Below, piece after piece: positions 1 to 12,261 of a stretch of DNA of 64,000 bases. The notes under the pieces are model-generated. The model saw only the letters and a list, made by a program, of their open reading frames with translations, made no database searches and was not told where the DNA came from. Position numbers and translations under genes: made by a program. How positions within the stretch are numbered: the first letter of the stretch is position 1; each line of letters opens with the position of its first letter. The DNA comes from Antedon mediterranea (Eukaryota > Animalia > Echinodermata), in NCBI RefSeq assembly GCF_964355755.1, contig NC_092673.1, positions 13,860,948-13,924,947 of the forward strand, in the 5' to 3' direction.

Positions 1-230
1 GTAATTAATACAGACCTAGTTTTTTTGGTCACATGGCCTGAAACGCGACACTCTCTGTTTTACCGTAACCTCTCGGTACGAGGGGTGGCTACAAAACAGT
101 AATTAAGATCATGTACCTGGATTTTGTGTCACATGATCCACTCTTAGCTGCTCTAAACTATTCCCACGATTTACACGTTTTTTCATGTTTTATAATTCAC
201 TAAGCCGATGTAGGATTAAATCATTTATAT

Positions 231-2202
231 TAGGTATCCCAATGAAGCGGATTTTCGTTATGGCAATTTTAACACGTTCGTGAAATTTCAAAAAGTGACA
301 TGTCTTTGAAGTTAAAAATATACTATTTCTTATGTAGCCATGTGAATAAAATTTATATGTCTAGAAAGATCTTGTTTAAGATTTTATTTATATATATTTT
401 TAATCTATGTTTATTAAATATTTTAATAGAAAATGCAAGTTAAAAAGCCGGCGAGCCGAAATCCGCAGGCTAAAAATAACTTCGGAAAACACCTACCCAT
501 TTTCAAAACACGATCGCTCGGCGACCATAATAGGTGGTGGAGTAATTTTTGTTGCATGTTATCAGGCTTTCAATACTCTTTATTTTGATATGTAAATCGG
601 TTATTATTATTATGTACATCCGCCTCAAATGTCAATTTTTCCGATAAAAATTAAATTTTTTAGTCTTTCTCATTATCAAAATCTGGGGAATTTAGTATTG
701 AATTGAAGCTAATTTATATTTCTGTTTGATAAACTACATTGTTTTATTTGTCTTTGCGTGGTCGTCGTGCGAAGAGGCCAACAAGACCAACCACTTAAGA
801 AAATAATCCCTATCGAAAATAAAAGTATTTACCATTTTCCTTGCAGGGAGATTCAGTTCTCAGCTTATTACTAAATTACCGTCGCCCAGGAAATTTGCAT
901 GGTATTGGTATGCATGTATTAGCGCGTTAAATTATGATTGGATACCCCCACAGTGGACTGTTCCATTTTCGGAACTAGTCTTTCCTGCACACGAGGCATG
1001 GCGAAGAATGTCGCTTCTCATAGAATATTTGCTTCGAAACTTCAATTTTACCGATTTATTCAAGTATTTAATAAGTGGAGTATTTATCAAGCTACTATAT
1101 AAAGCAAGTACGTTTGGAATAAATGTACCGAAGGAATTTAAGAAGCTTTAAATTTGCTATGCAGCGGCCGTAACCCATTATATGTAGGCGACCGAAAGGC
1201 GCTTTTGACAGGGTTGCCGTTATATGTATACGCTGTATCTTGGCCTAATCGTGATTTCGTATTTCAATTTAAAGTGCACCTTAAGGTTAGAATATTTGAA
1301 AAGGAAATAAAATTAAACATATTAATATATACTATTGAAGTAATTACTTTCCTCCCGATATTTCTTCGGCAGAATTTAGTGGTGTTAGGCTTTAGGCCTA
1401 GGCCTATATAAACTTAACTTGTAGGAGGCGCGGCCGAGTTTACGCCCGGAATGGAATCGAATGCATAATAAGCACGGGCTTAATTCTAATTTTGAGCGGT
1501 TTGAAAATCAATTAAAATAATATTTATGATTATAATTAAAAATTTAAATTCTAGAATTATAAAAAAATGTATACTTACGAAAAATAATAACCAAGAACCA
1601 ATAGCCACACAGTTTTTTACCACAATATATATTTTTTTACATTTTAACATTTTTTAACAATATTTATGTTGTATTTCAGAAATACCTACCTGTCAATATA
1701 AATAATCTCACTAAAATACACATTACATTCTATGCAATGCAAAAAAAAAAGAAGTCAATTCATACACTGGTTCAAAAGTTACAAATCATTTAAAGACGGG
1801 AACTTTTTGAGCATTTTTGAGACATTTGGAAAAAATTAGCGCAAAAAGCCCTAAGACCAATTTTGGAGGGCGATATTTCCAAAAGAAAATTCGAGGACCT
1901 CCCCAAAAAAAATAGTCTTGTACAACTCTGTGGTATCTATGGGTTTAGCAAAAATTAGAACTTTCAAGTTATTAATATAAAAGTTATAACCCTTCAAAAA
2001 TGGTTCCAAATATAATTGAAAAAAATGCCATTTTTCAACCAAAAATCATCGTTTTTTGGCAACTTCAACGGACGATAACTTTTGAATGGATAATCCGATT
2101 TCAATCATTTAAATTGCAAAAGTTTATGTTCAGTAAGTTCCTATTGATTAACTGAAAAAAATAGTACCATCATTAATTTGAAATTTTACATTGGGATACC
2201 TA
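231..2202. mobile_element. Non-autonomous TIR DNA transposon (14-bp TIR, 7-bp TSD)
   Basis: TAGGTATCCCAATG at 231-244 and its reverse complement CATTGGGATACCTA at 2189-2202; TTTATAT flanks both ends (224-230, 2203-2209); no credible internal ORF. Confidence 0.75.
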
Positions 2203-2689
2203 TTTATATAGTATAGGCCGCCAAAACTCTCTCTGCATGAGCTGAAGGCCTACGGGCCCAATGTCGTCTCGTGGGCCAAATTAGGAAAACCGATGCGTAG
2301 GGCGGCTACAAAAATTGACGTCTTCTAGCTTTAGATAGGATTTTAATTACCGAACAATACATTGTTTGTTTGCATTGTTTATGCTTCTAAAGGCGATGAC
2401 AATGGTGTTTACTAACCCTATGAACCACCCTACGATCGAAGCCTAGATATTTATAATAACGAACAATACTTCGTAGGCTACGTTCAGAGAACAATGACCT
2501 ACGAAAGATTATGCGTAGATATGAAGCACTAATTTCCTTTTGTACTCTATTTACTTCTTAAATTCTTTCTAAGACTATAATAGCCTCTGCAATGAACCAT
2601 TTAATACATAGTACATTTATACATAAAATTACTCTACAAAAACACAATATAATTAAAATGTTCAAATATATTTTATTGATATATTATTA

Positions 2690-3446
2690 CAGTCGACTCC
2701 GCCTAAGTCGAATCTAATGGGACCGGTATAAAAATTCGAGTTACGCGAACTTCGACTTACAGATTTGCCAAAAAAAAATGCTAGGTTCACTCACTAGCCA
2801 CGCTATGGCTAGGCCTAGTGGACCCTGCCCTGTCGCGATAGTGGCCCACGCGATGAGCCTTCTTGAATTGAGTTTGCTTAGCTAGCTAGCTAGGCCTAAT
2901 AAATGCTAAGCCTCTTTATAGGCAATGATAAACTGTACTTTCTTTTATTGTTTAAGCCCGAAACAATACAAAAACGTATAATAAATACATTGCGGTTTTT
3001 ATTCGAAATCGGTAACCATTGTTTATTGCCATCTGTCTAGCACAAAATAGGTACCCACAAAACGCCGCTCAAGTTCTCAACTCTCAAACAACTCATACAC
3101 TATACACTAGCGCGAGTTGTAGGACACCGCCTATACTATACAACCTGCTTGAGAGAACCGATATGGTCCCACATTATCCCCTCTGTTGTTTGTTTATCGT
3201 TTCATCAGCTTTTTTAGCGCGTTGTTGCCGCGTAATTTGTGACTTCGACTTATACGATATAAATCACTAAAGAATGTGTGTATTCGGACCGCAAAAAGAC
3301 GTCGACTTAGACGAATTTCGACTTAGAAAAATTCGACTTACAAATAAAAATTACACAGTAATATAGGAAAGAATTGGGACTTTCCTAAAAATTTGACTTT
3401 TGCGATTTTTCGACTTACGCGAATTCGACTTAGGCGGAGTCGACTG
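2690..3446. mobile_element. Tc1/mariner-pogo-type MITE
   Basis: Perfect 24-bp TIR CAGTCGACTCCGCCTAAGTCGAAT at both ends; TA on both flanks (2688-2689, 3447-3448); many subterminal TTCGACTTA motifs. Confidence 0.9.
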
Positions 3447-4844
3447 TATTTATAATTTGTAATGTGGCCATACAGTAATTATTCTATGTGCATAAGCCTA
3501 GTTTGTGGTGTGTAAACAACAAAAATACTATCATGCTCTCCCCACCACCACCACCACACAACAGAGCACGGCGGCGCGTCCGTTCGTTCTTTGTAGATGA
3601 AACAATAATTTGGTAGAGTACATAAACTATCGGGGTGTTCACTATCCAAGAGCCTAATAAACATGCGAGTCGCCCAGTGTGTAACAACATTTTTTTATTT
3701 ATATCCCTAAATTCACAATCCGAAATCGCGTATTCTGTAATTTTACTCGACGCTGTTTGTTTTGACATTCATCACGGAGGCGAAATACATTTGCCAATTT
3801 GGTTTAACGCGAACATTTTGGGCTTTACAGTACTTCAATAATAGATGCATTAAAAAAAGACGCATTCCACTGAGTTTCTAACTATCTTGCTCTTTTGGTG
3901 TGCCATAGAAACGAAAATATAATGTTACTTTTTACGCCCGTACTTTTTATGTGATTCTTCTTCATAAAAAGTACTTATGAGGCCGAAATTTAAAGTTTGG
4001 TATTCACAATAAGTTACTTAACAAGTTTGGAGTCAAAAGGAAGTCGAAATAAAAACATAAAAACAGGAGCGAAACGTAAGGCCTAATAAATGTTGACTCA
4101 AAAATTAAACTTACCATCAGATCACATTCACTGCATGCAGCACGCATCGTCATCATGCAGTCTAGCCTAACTAAACTTTAAGTAAAAGTTTCGCTCCCAC
4201 AGTCAGTAGGGTTGTTTATTATTCTTAGTTAATTCTCCTCTCTATCAATTGGTTCCAACAACAATAAAGAACTTCCTCTAGTCTAGGTAGCAGACATCTT
4301 CTTGACATCTTCTTCTTCGGCTGGTTGGACCACCCTCTCCTCCTCGTCTCGTGAAATGATTAGAGTACACGTGTGGTGATGAGAGAGACAACAAAAATGT
4401 ATGGTTGTCTATGGGCGGCTAAAATGACCTTAAAATGAAAGACGACGATTAAGCGCTCTGAAGAACTGACCGAACTAAAATATACTAATTACTGATATAA
4501 TAATATAATATTGTTTACATTTATTGACGATACGATAATTCGAGATTTTAATATAATAACCATTTTTTTAATATATCAATTTTCCTGATAGGAGGGATTC
4601 TTATGTTCTGTTATTACATGGAGTAAACTCCATGGTTATTAATACAAAAAATATAGACAACTCTAATGCAAATCCGACGCCATCTATTGGCATTATTTCT
4701 TTATTTCCTGTCCTGTGACTGTTTTTTAGATCATGAACATTGTTGTGCACATTAAACGTGCCTACCTACATATGTTACAAAAATCGAATAAGATAATAAA
4801 TCTTAATAAAACAAATTTTGTTAAAGCTCACAACGCTAGTAAAT

Positions 4845-4935
4845 GAGAATGGCCCCTCGGAAGAGCAGTTTTATTTTATTACTGAGAGGGCTACCCTACT
4901 AAAAGAAAACGAAATAAATAAATAAATAAATAAAT
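4845..4935 (+). mobile_element. 3' end of an L2/CR1-like LINE or SINE
   Basis: Short GC-richer segment (GGAAGAGCAG...ACTGAGAGGGCTACCCT) followed by an (AAAT)n tail. Confidence 0.4.
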
Positions 4936-5292
4936 GGTAGGCTATTGTTGACGGAACAAACTAATTCTTGTACGATCTATCTTGTTGAAATTATTTAGCC
5001 TACATGCCCGATAACAAGGTATTAACAATGAGGCTAGTTGAAATGTTCAATTATTATAACTGTGGTTCCTCCAACGAATCCTGTAAGTAGATAAGTAGAC
5101 TCATATATTGTCTTAAAATTGTAAAAATATGTTACAGTAGTATAATTTACATACATAAAATCAACAAATTATATTAGGAGATATGATCAAATCGTTCTAA
5201 ATGAGGCTACTTGAAAATGTAACAAATTTATTTGTAACTGGTTTCCCCAAAAAGTATTGTAGGCGCGGCTCACATCATATTGTCTTACATTT

Positions 5293-5970
5293 TAACAAGG
5301 CACACATGGCTGCAGTCGCGTGCTCAAATTAAAGTTAGTGCTTACCGACGGACCAACCGACCGACCAACCACCTGACCAATCGACCGACATAGTGAGATG
5401 TAGAGTAAGAGTAAAAATACTACAGTGGATGCTGCAATATACTTTAAAGGAGAAGGTGAAAAATAAAGCTTATAGATTATCAGAAGAGTTGAAAAGTTAA
5501 TCAAATTTGATGTTACAGTATTATTAAAGAAAGGTTGTAAAACAGAAATCAGGCAAAAAGAGTGCGTATTAAGGTTTAACGCGGAGTGCGAGTGCAAAAA
5601 TCTGCGCACGCATGGCATTTTTTCTGAAAATTTCATCGAAAATCAATTTTGACAATTTTAAGCGCGCGTACGCATGCGGTATATGCGCTACGCACGTAAT
5701 TGTATTGCTATTATGATGAAATATGACCTGAAATTTATGAGTACCAAATTTTATTTAATTGGGATTCATGCTTGTGAAGATATGATTGATTTCCTTAAAT
5801 CGTCGTAAAAACATAACCACATCGATTCCTGGCCATAAGAAATATACTCTAAAAAATTAAATTAGCTAGATGAAACTGATATCAAGGCCATATACAAGTT
5901 AGTGTTTACCGACCAACCGAACAACCAACTGACATAGTGAGCTGTAGAGACGCGTTGCACGTTTCCTAAA
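5293..5970 (+). mobile_element. Helentron/HINE (DINE-1-like) non-autonomous element
   Basis: Starts TAACAAG; two related (ACCG/ACCA)n microsatellite blocks ending GACATAGTGAG(A/C)TGTAGAG; degenerate 3' stem-loop (ACGCGTTGCACGT) followed by an A-run. Confidence 0.5.
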
Positions 5971-6030
5971 AACGTGTTATAAATGTAGTATAATTACTCC
6001 TGTTTGCAAGAAGAAAGATTAAGATAAAAC

Positions 6031-6707
6031 AAGCACGAATGTGCGATACTCGGGGTACAGCAAATAAAGTCACATACACATCAATAACCTCCTACCAAAT
6101 ACGGCTATACGGTATCATCTCCGAGACGTGATATGGGTTACACAAAGTTTTTTAATCCATTTAAATTACAAATAAATATGGTAATCAGCACAAGAAAAAT
6201 AAACATGTGTAAAAATGATAATTACCGATTACACAAAATAATTACTTTAAAAAATAATAAAAATAAGATATACTGTATATCATATTGCGTATACAGTACT
6301 TTTCACCATCATCATCATCATCCGTTACGCTATTCTTCTTGGGTAGACATTGCGTACGCTAATCGTTTCCATGACTCTCTTTCGGTGGTCTGATGGCATG
6401 GTCTGTCATTAATTTTGCGATCGATGTATTTGCTTTTAAAGTTAAAAAAAAACTGGCTCGGACCGGGGACCTTCTTCGTGTTAAGCAGACGTGATAACCA
6501 TTACACCAAGAAGCCGCATATAACAATTACGCATTGTGGCTTCTTAATTAAACAAATCAATTAACAAAAAAGCACGAATGTGCAATACTCGGGTACAGCA
6601 GCAAAAGAAGCTGTACTGACGTCATAAGACCGGATGTAACGTGACATACACATCAATAACCTCACTACCAAATACGGCTATACGGTACCATCTTCGAGAC
6701 GTGATAT
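6031..6707. repeat. Dispersed direct duplication (about 105 and 135 bp; 6031-6135 and 6570-6707)
   Basis: AAGCACGAATGTGC(G/A)ATACTCGGG...CCAAATACGGCTATACGGTA(T/C)CATCT(C/T)CGAGACGTGATATG present twice. Confidence 0.8.
6454..6515 (-). pseudogene. 3'-truncated tRNA-Val(AAC) pseudogene or tRNA-derived fragment
   Basis: Minus strand GGCTTCTTGGTGTAATGGTTATCACGTCTGCTTAACACGAAGAAGGTCCCCGGTCCGAGCC matches the eukaryotic tRNA-Val D arm, anticodon arm (AAC) and T loop; the 3' acceptor strand is missing and replaced by a T run. Confidence 0.75.
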
Positions 6708-6876
6708 GACTGCATCCCTGTAGTATATTCATGCCAAACCTTATCTCAATATCTACAACGAATAAGGGAGGAGTAGTACTTTATAAATCGCACTTTTTGC
6801 TCAATAGTGTCCAGATGGAAGAAGAAGACGAGGAGAAGATGAGAGAGTACCAGACTGGGGTACCCCGAGTAATCAA

Positions 6877-7180
6877 CTAGGTGTTCAAATCTATGACACA
6901 CAAATAGGTGCACTATTCTTTGCTGATGAGGTGGTTTTAATCGGTGTCAATGAGTCTGAACTTGTGAAACTACTTAAAGTAGCAAGTGATTATTCACAAA
7001 AATGGAAATTAGAGTTAAATTTTGACAAATCAAATGTGCTGGTCACAGGGCAAAGAGTTAATCCACATAGAACATGGAGCCTTGGTAATCATTATATCAC
7101 AGAAATAGAAAGGTATAAATATCTTGGTGTAATAATATCACGTTCATATACAGATTCAGACAATATCAATGAAGTAATCA
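6877..7180 (+). pseudogene. Non-LTR retrotransposon reverse transcriptase fragment (RTE-X/L2-like)
   Basis: Reads GALFFADEVVLIG...WKLELNFDKSNVLV...IERYKYLGVII: degenerate (Y/F)ADD motif plus the thumb YKYLG motif. Confidence 0.8.
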
Positions 7181-10100
7181 GACGACGCGTAAGAACTAGT
7201 AGGACTTGAAAGTTGGCTCAATAGTGTCCAGATGGAAAAGAAGATGAGTGAGTCCTATAGACTCGGGTACCCCGAGTAAAAAATAAATAAATCATCATTT
7301 GCAATTCACTGTCCCTTTTTTCCAAAACTTTTCACTATATTCTGCTTTCATTCTATTATAATTGAAACACTATAAACACTGAGCGCAGTAATGATTTCAC
7401 AGTTTAAATCATAATAGTGCATTACATTTACATTAATCCATTATTTTTCTAAAAGTTTACTGTCTTTCCTGCCTCCTGCGCTAGTAATAAACACGCCATG
7501 ATTAATATTTCTTGTTTGTTAGTCCTCTTGTTTAGTGAATATGTTTATAAGCTTGAAAAGGGCATAGGCCTACTGGAGGAAAACTTGTTGCAAAAACGAC
7601 AAAGGAAATAAGTTTGATTTCCTTGTAGAACTGATTATCCAATTGGGTTTCATTTAAAAGAAGGACACAGTCATGTAGGCCTATATAGTTAATGTTGTTT
7701 CTTTCATCTTCATTTTATACACGTAAGATTTTATAGTTTGGATTTTTAATATTGACAAATATTTATACTGAAAATTTCTACATGAAAGAGTATCTTTAGG
7801 AATCTAAGCGGAAAAGTTATTAATTACAAATATTGGTTGAAAAGCGATAATTTTCTGACTTGCTATTAAGACATCAACTAAAACCAGTACCTGTATTCAC
7901 AACTGAGGATAATAATATTACTCTAACATTTAGGATCAATATATAAAAAGAATATAATATTGATTATAAAATAATAAATTAATAATAAGAGTGCGAGTGC
8001 AGTTTTGTTAGACTTTAGGCCTTGTTGTTTCTAAAGCTGATTAATGACAACAAGTTAGCGATAGTGTTTAATTAATTTATCATTTTAATGAAAACAAAAC
8101 AATGATTATGATTTCAACAATAAATATAAAAACTATGCTAATTATACTTGAATGGATAATATAATAATGGAATCTTCCCTTTTTTTAATTGTCGGTGTAT
8201 AGATCTTTCGAAGGATGATTTTGGACAGCTGGTAGTACCGATTTTGCACAACATTACGATAAATCTAAACTTTAAAAGCTTCGTCTTTTCAATAATATCG
8301 AAAGGTAGCATTTTCAGCACAAGAACAAACGATCTGGGAAAATCTCTTCAGATATAAAAAAAAACTCTTGATGGAAGATACAACTTTCCAGTTCTTAAAA
8401 AAAGTATACAGACAGCTGGAGTTTGATTTTTTATTTTTGTCCTAGCCTCCTGGTTTTTCAGTGGAGACAACATGGAAGATGTTAATAAGGTGTTGAAAAG
8501 AAATGTAAATGACTTTTTGATGGTTTAGTTCACCATTGTACAATTGGTATTACAATCTATATAAACAGAAGGAAAAAAGAAAAAATAATGAAAATATATT
8601 TGGACTCGAATCTCAGCTCTGTAGAGGTATGAACGTATGAACACAATGTTGTGTATATGTCAGTCTATGCTTCCAGACACAATCAAATAAAGTTTAAGCT
8701 CTTTCAGTATTGTTAGGTATACAATAACCATTGCTTGATATAGGCCTACATCACAGTTGTCACAGTCGCGACAGATCGGACAGATAATAAAATATAACGG
8801 ATGCAAATAAAACTACTACTCGTACTATTGTTTTGTTAAAATAAATTGTTCCTTAAAACAATCAATCGACAGTCAACAAAACTACGACTTCCTCTATCTC
8901 CCTTCTTTAAAATTCTTACATTCTTCACATGATCAGCACCTAACATTGGGTCGAGCATGGTTTCCATACTCTGCATGTAGTACTAATCGTAGTAGCCTAT
9001 AGCATTAAACTAAAGAGACTAGAGACATGATAATAAACCATTTCATGTATTACCGTTAACAAATGTTTGATTAGAAGTACCGGTATTCTACTTTATATAT
9101 CTGATAATTCCAACCTGAATACTTTATAATTTAAGTTTTTTATTTAAATTAATTGCTTATTCAGAATTTGATTGAGGTTCATTCATGATATCGTATAGTT
9201 TACTTGTTTTACTAAACTAATTTTATAAACAATGACATGATTCTAGGCCTATCATGTTGTTATAGAATAGAGATGTTTCTTAATATTATACATAATTATA
9301 TACAATTTAATTTAGCCTATCAAGGAATCAATTAAAAAATCTCATTAATAACAATTCCTCTCGAGTTGGTAATCACTGTCAAGTCTCTTCCCTAGTGCTC
9401 ATAATCTTCCCGATATATATCCTTTGATTCACCAGGATTAGGCTTTAGTTTAAAAAATACGACTATTAATTATGGCCAGAATAGCCGTCCATAGGTCGGT
9501 AATCACATACGGGTCACATACATTCAATGTCATTCTCCACCACAACCTCTCGCGTCGTTTGTGCAGAGATCAGAAGCAAAGTTATACAATCTTTTTGATA
9601 ATAAAAAAAAGGAAGGCAAGGCAGCAGCCGTTCGAAGGGGCTTCTTGTTGAACCACTGTTGTTAAAAGGACAAAGTCTCCGATAAAAAGAAAACTTTTTC
9701 TTATTGGCATCAATAATCAATTAGCTCTCCCATCCGAGAAAAAGCGCGACAGAATCTCCATGGGAGGACTACACTACACAGACAGGACTGTCTGACATGT
9801 ACACAAGCCACTCCTCTAGGGGTCAGCCATGAATCATCATGTATTGGTATAAAGCTATTAAAAGAAATAAATTAGGCCTCTAGGCCTACACTGTATTAGG
9901 CTAGGCCTACTCAAGACCGGTAGGCTTATTTTATATGATTATATTTATTTATGCATAGGCTAGGCCTACATGCCAAGTTTTGTTTCGTATACACTAGGCC
10001 TATACGCATCTGCGCATGCTCATATTATATATAGGCCTAGGCTAGGCCTATAGGTATAAGGCCTAGGGTAGTCATATGTTTCCAAGTGTGCGCAGAATGT

Positions 10101-10289
10101 TTTTAATCATGTGCTGCTGCTGGTGAGGTGAAAACAAGATTAGGGCAAATTGAGCCGCCGACAAGTTGAGCTGCCGCCAGAAAAACCTTATTTTCTATGA
10201 AACGCCAAATGCTAACTTTTGCCGGTGCTCGTTTTCTATTTACTAAGTTCTATTTTTATTAGGAATAACGATCACAGTTTTTAGTATAT

Positions 10290-10655
10290 TGTAACGTTTT
10301 TCCGTCTCGCCTGTCTCTACTGTGTACTAATACTATAGCCCGGTAGCAATCTCGTTCGTTAGGCCTGGCTAGCCTAGTTATTTATTATAAAGTTAAAGAA
10401 AAGATGCTCGGCTTATTGGAAGGAGTGTGCTCCTTCTAATAAACGGACCACCGGAAAAGTCACACACCCCCTAGTTTATTCTACGGACAGAGGGGAAGTT
10501 TAATCTCGCTAGGCTAGCCTATCAGGTTCTCAGGTTCCTCTCGTTCAGTCTGCTCGCCGTAGGCCTACACACATATGACGTACACTAAATTAAATAGATA
10601 TTGCTAGGTAAAGAGGGTTTATGTTTATGACAGGTAGCGTCCGGTTCGGCTTCAC
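10290..10655 (-). mobile_element. Partial LTR of the Gypsy family at 18567-24854
   Basis: Begins TGTAACGTTTTTCC and aligns almost base for base with 24161 to about 24545. Confidence 0.9.
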
Positions 10656-11606
10656 ATGAAAAAAATTGTACAAAAATGGCTGCAAAGGCTTTATTTTTCA
10701 GTTTGACCTTTGACCTTGATTGCCTAATATCTCAATAACGCGCAATCTCAGAGATTTGAGAATGGGCTCAAAATGTTAAGAAAATAAATGTATTATTTAG
10801 TCTAATAGAAACTTTTTTCAAAAAATTACCATGAATTAAGCTTTTTTGACCCTTGACCTCTAATGTTTGAAAATGTCGCACAGCTGTTCCACCTATACAA
10901 ATTAAGTCTGGCGCCACCAACGCTTAAACGACGCACTGTGGAGTTAAGAATGAGTTAACAGTTGTATACAAACCACGTGTAAACAATAAACCCGGTCAGG
11001 CATAGAATGGCTGTAATTAAACAGCCAATAAAAATAAAGTAAAGATCAAGCTGGTTTAAAAAATATGAATATTCATTACAACAACTCTCGACGAAGCTAG
11101 AAATGTGTTGATATGGTCTTATCACGTGTGATTGAGGACAGGGGTGTTAACGAAAAGTCAAGCCAAAAATGCCAAGTCTACAACATTACAAACAATCTTG
11201 AAGAGATTATAAAGTAGGTGTAACTTTGTTTGCCCGTATATATTAAAACTGATTTTTTAAGTAGTAGTCATTGATATGGTTTGATAGTTAGTTATCTTGT
11301 GAGTGTTTTAAAAGGGTAGATAAGGAGAGTTGCTGGCTGAGATTTGTATATGGCCGTTTGCCAATATGAATATTTTCGGTCTAGGCTAGCCATTATAGTG
11401 GGCCTAGATAATCCAGTTGCAGTGTATTTCAAGCGCAAAGTACTCTGTATCATCACCCAATCAAGTTTAAAATCACCGGTACATAATGATGTTTTACCTA
11501 GCCTAATAAGCTCAGGCCTAGGCTTGGCCTAGCCTATCATTTTATTTTACATAGGCCTAGCTAGGCCTAGTTAGTAGTAGGCCTATTTATTTGGTTTAAT
11601 TATTTT

Positions 11607-11740
11607 AAATGTTGTAATTGGAAAATGTAAAATGTAATTTTCATGTTACATTACAATACAGTACTAAAGTACTGTATTGTAAGTACTGTATTGTAATGTA
11701 ACATGAAAATTACATTTTACATTTTCCAATTACAACATTT
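11607..11740. repeat. Fold-back inverted repeat, about 59-bp arms
   Basis: AAATGTTGTAATTGG...CAATACAGTACT (11607-11665) and its exact reverse complement (11682-11740). Confidence 0.9.
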
Positions 11741-12261
11741 TTTTTGCATTCATATTAATTTATTGTTTATTTTCTTCACTCATCAAAAAACACTTCATTA
11801 ACCGAGACCTCATCAAGGACAGCCCATTCCAGAGATGAAAGAAAATGTCAACTACAACGTTAACATAACAGTATTAATCGTATTATCACTGAATGGTTAG
11901 TATGTATATTAATTATAAAGTGCAATTAAAAACAAACAACTATTTGATTCTTGTCATGAATATTTGTACAAATATATAATAATACTGTAACTATCCAAGA
12001 TAGCAACATCAGCAAGTGTTTTCAAAACAATATTGATTATCTGATAAAACTCCTAGAAAGTAGGAAGCCTTTTACCAAGGTAAGTGAAACTTAGAAACAC
12101 AAGCACATCAGGAAAGATAAAAAATCACTGGCATATTCACATTCTTTCAATATCAGTTATATAATAATTGAACTTGACTAATTCCAAATAATGATTGAAG
12201 GAGCATTGTATTTTGAAATTATTATTATTAATCAATCTTCTATGACTATGTAAACACTTAC

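Noticed and set aside
407-6393. Short ORFs of 60-114 aa in the first 6 kb, and antisense shadow ORFs elsewhere (e.g. 45312-45767, 62872-63456)
   Set aside because: No domain motifs, AT-driven composition, and located within MITEs or opposite real TE ORFs.
8130-9850. Coding-like stretches at about 8.1-8.6 kb and 9.4-9.85 kb
   Set aside because: No recognisable motif in any frame; cannot be assigned without a search.
10934-10940. Perfect RSS heptamer (CACTGTG) near the left Chapaev end
   Set aside because: A single 7-mer with no counterpart at the other end; expected by chance several times in 64 kb.
10921-12250. Possible RAG2-like gene convergent with the RAG1-like transposase (ProtoRAG layout)
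   Set aside because: No Kelch/PHD-like ORF or exon series is visible in this 1.3 kb; the 4-bp TSD and core motifs fit Chapaev, not ProtoRAG or Transib (5-bp TSD).
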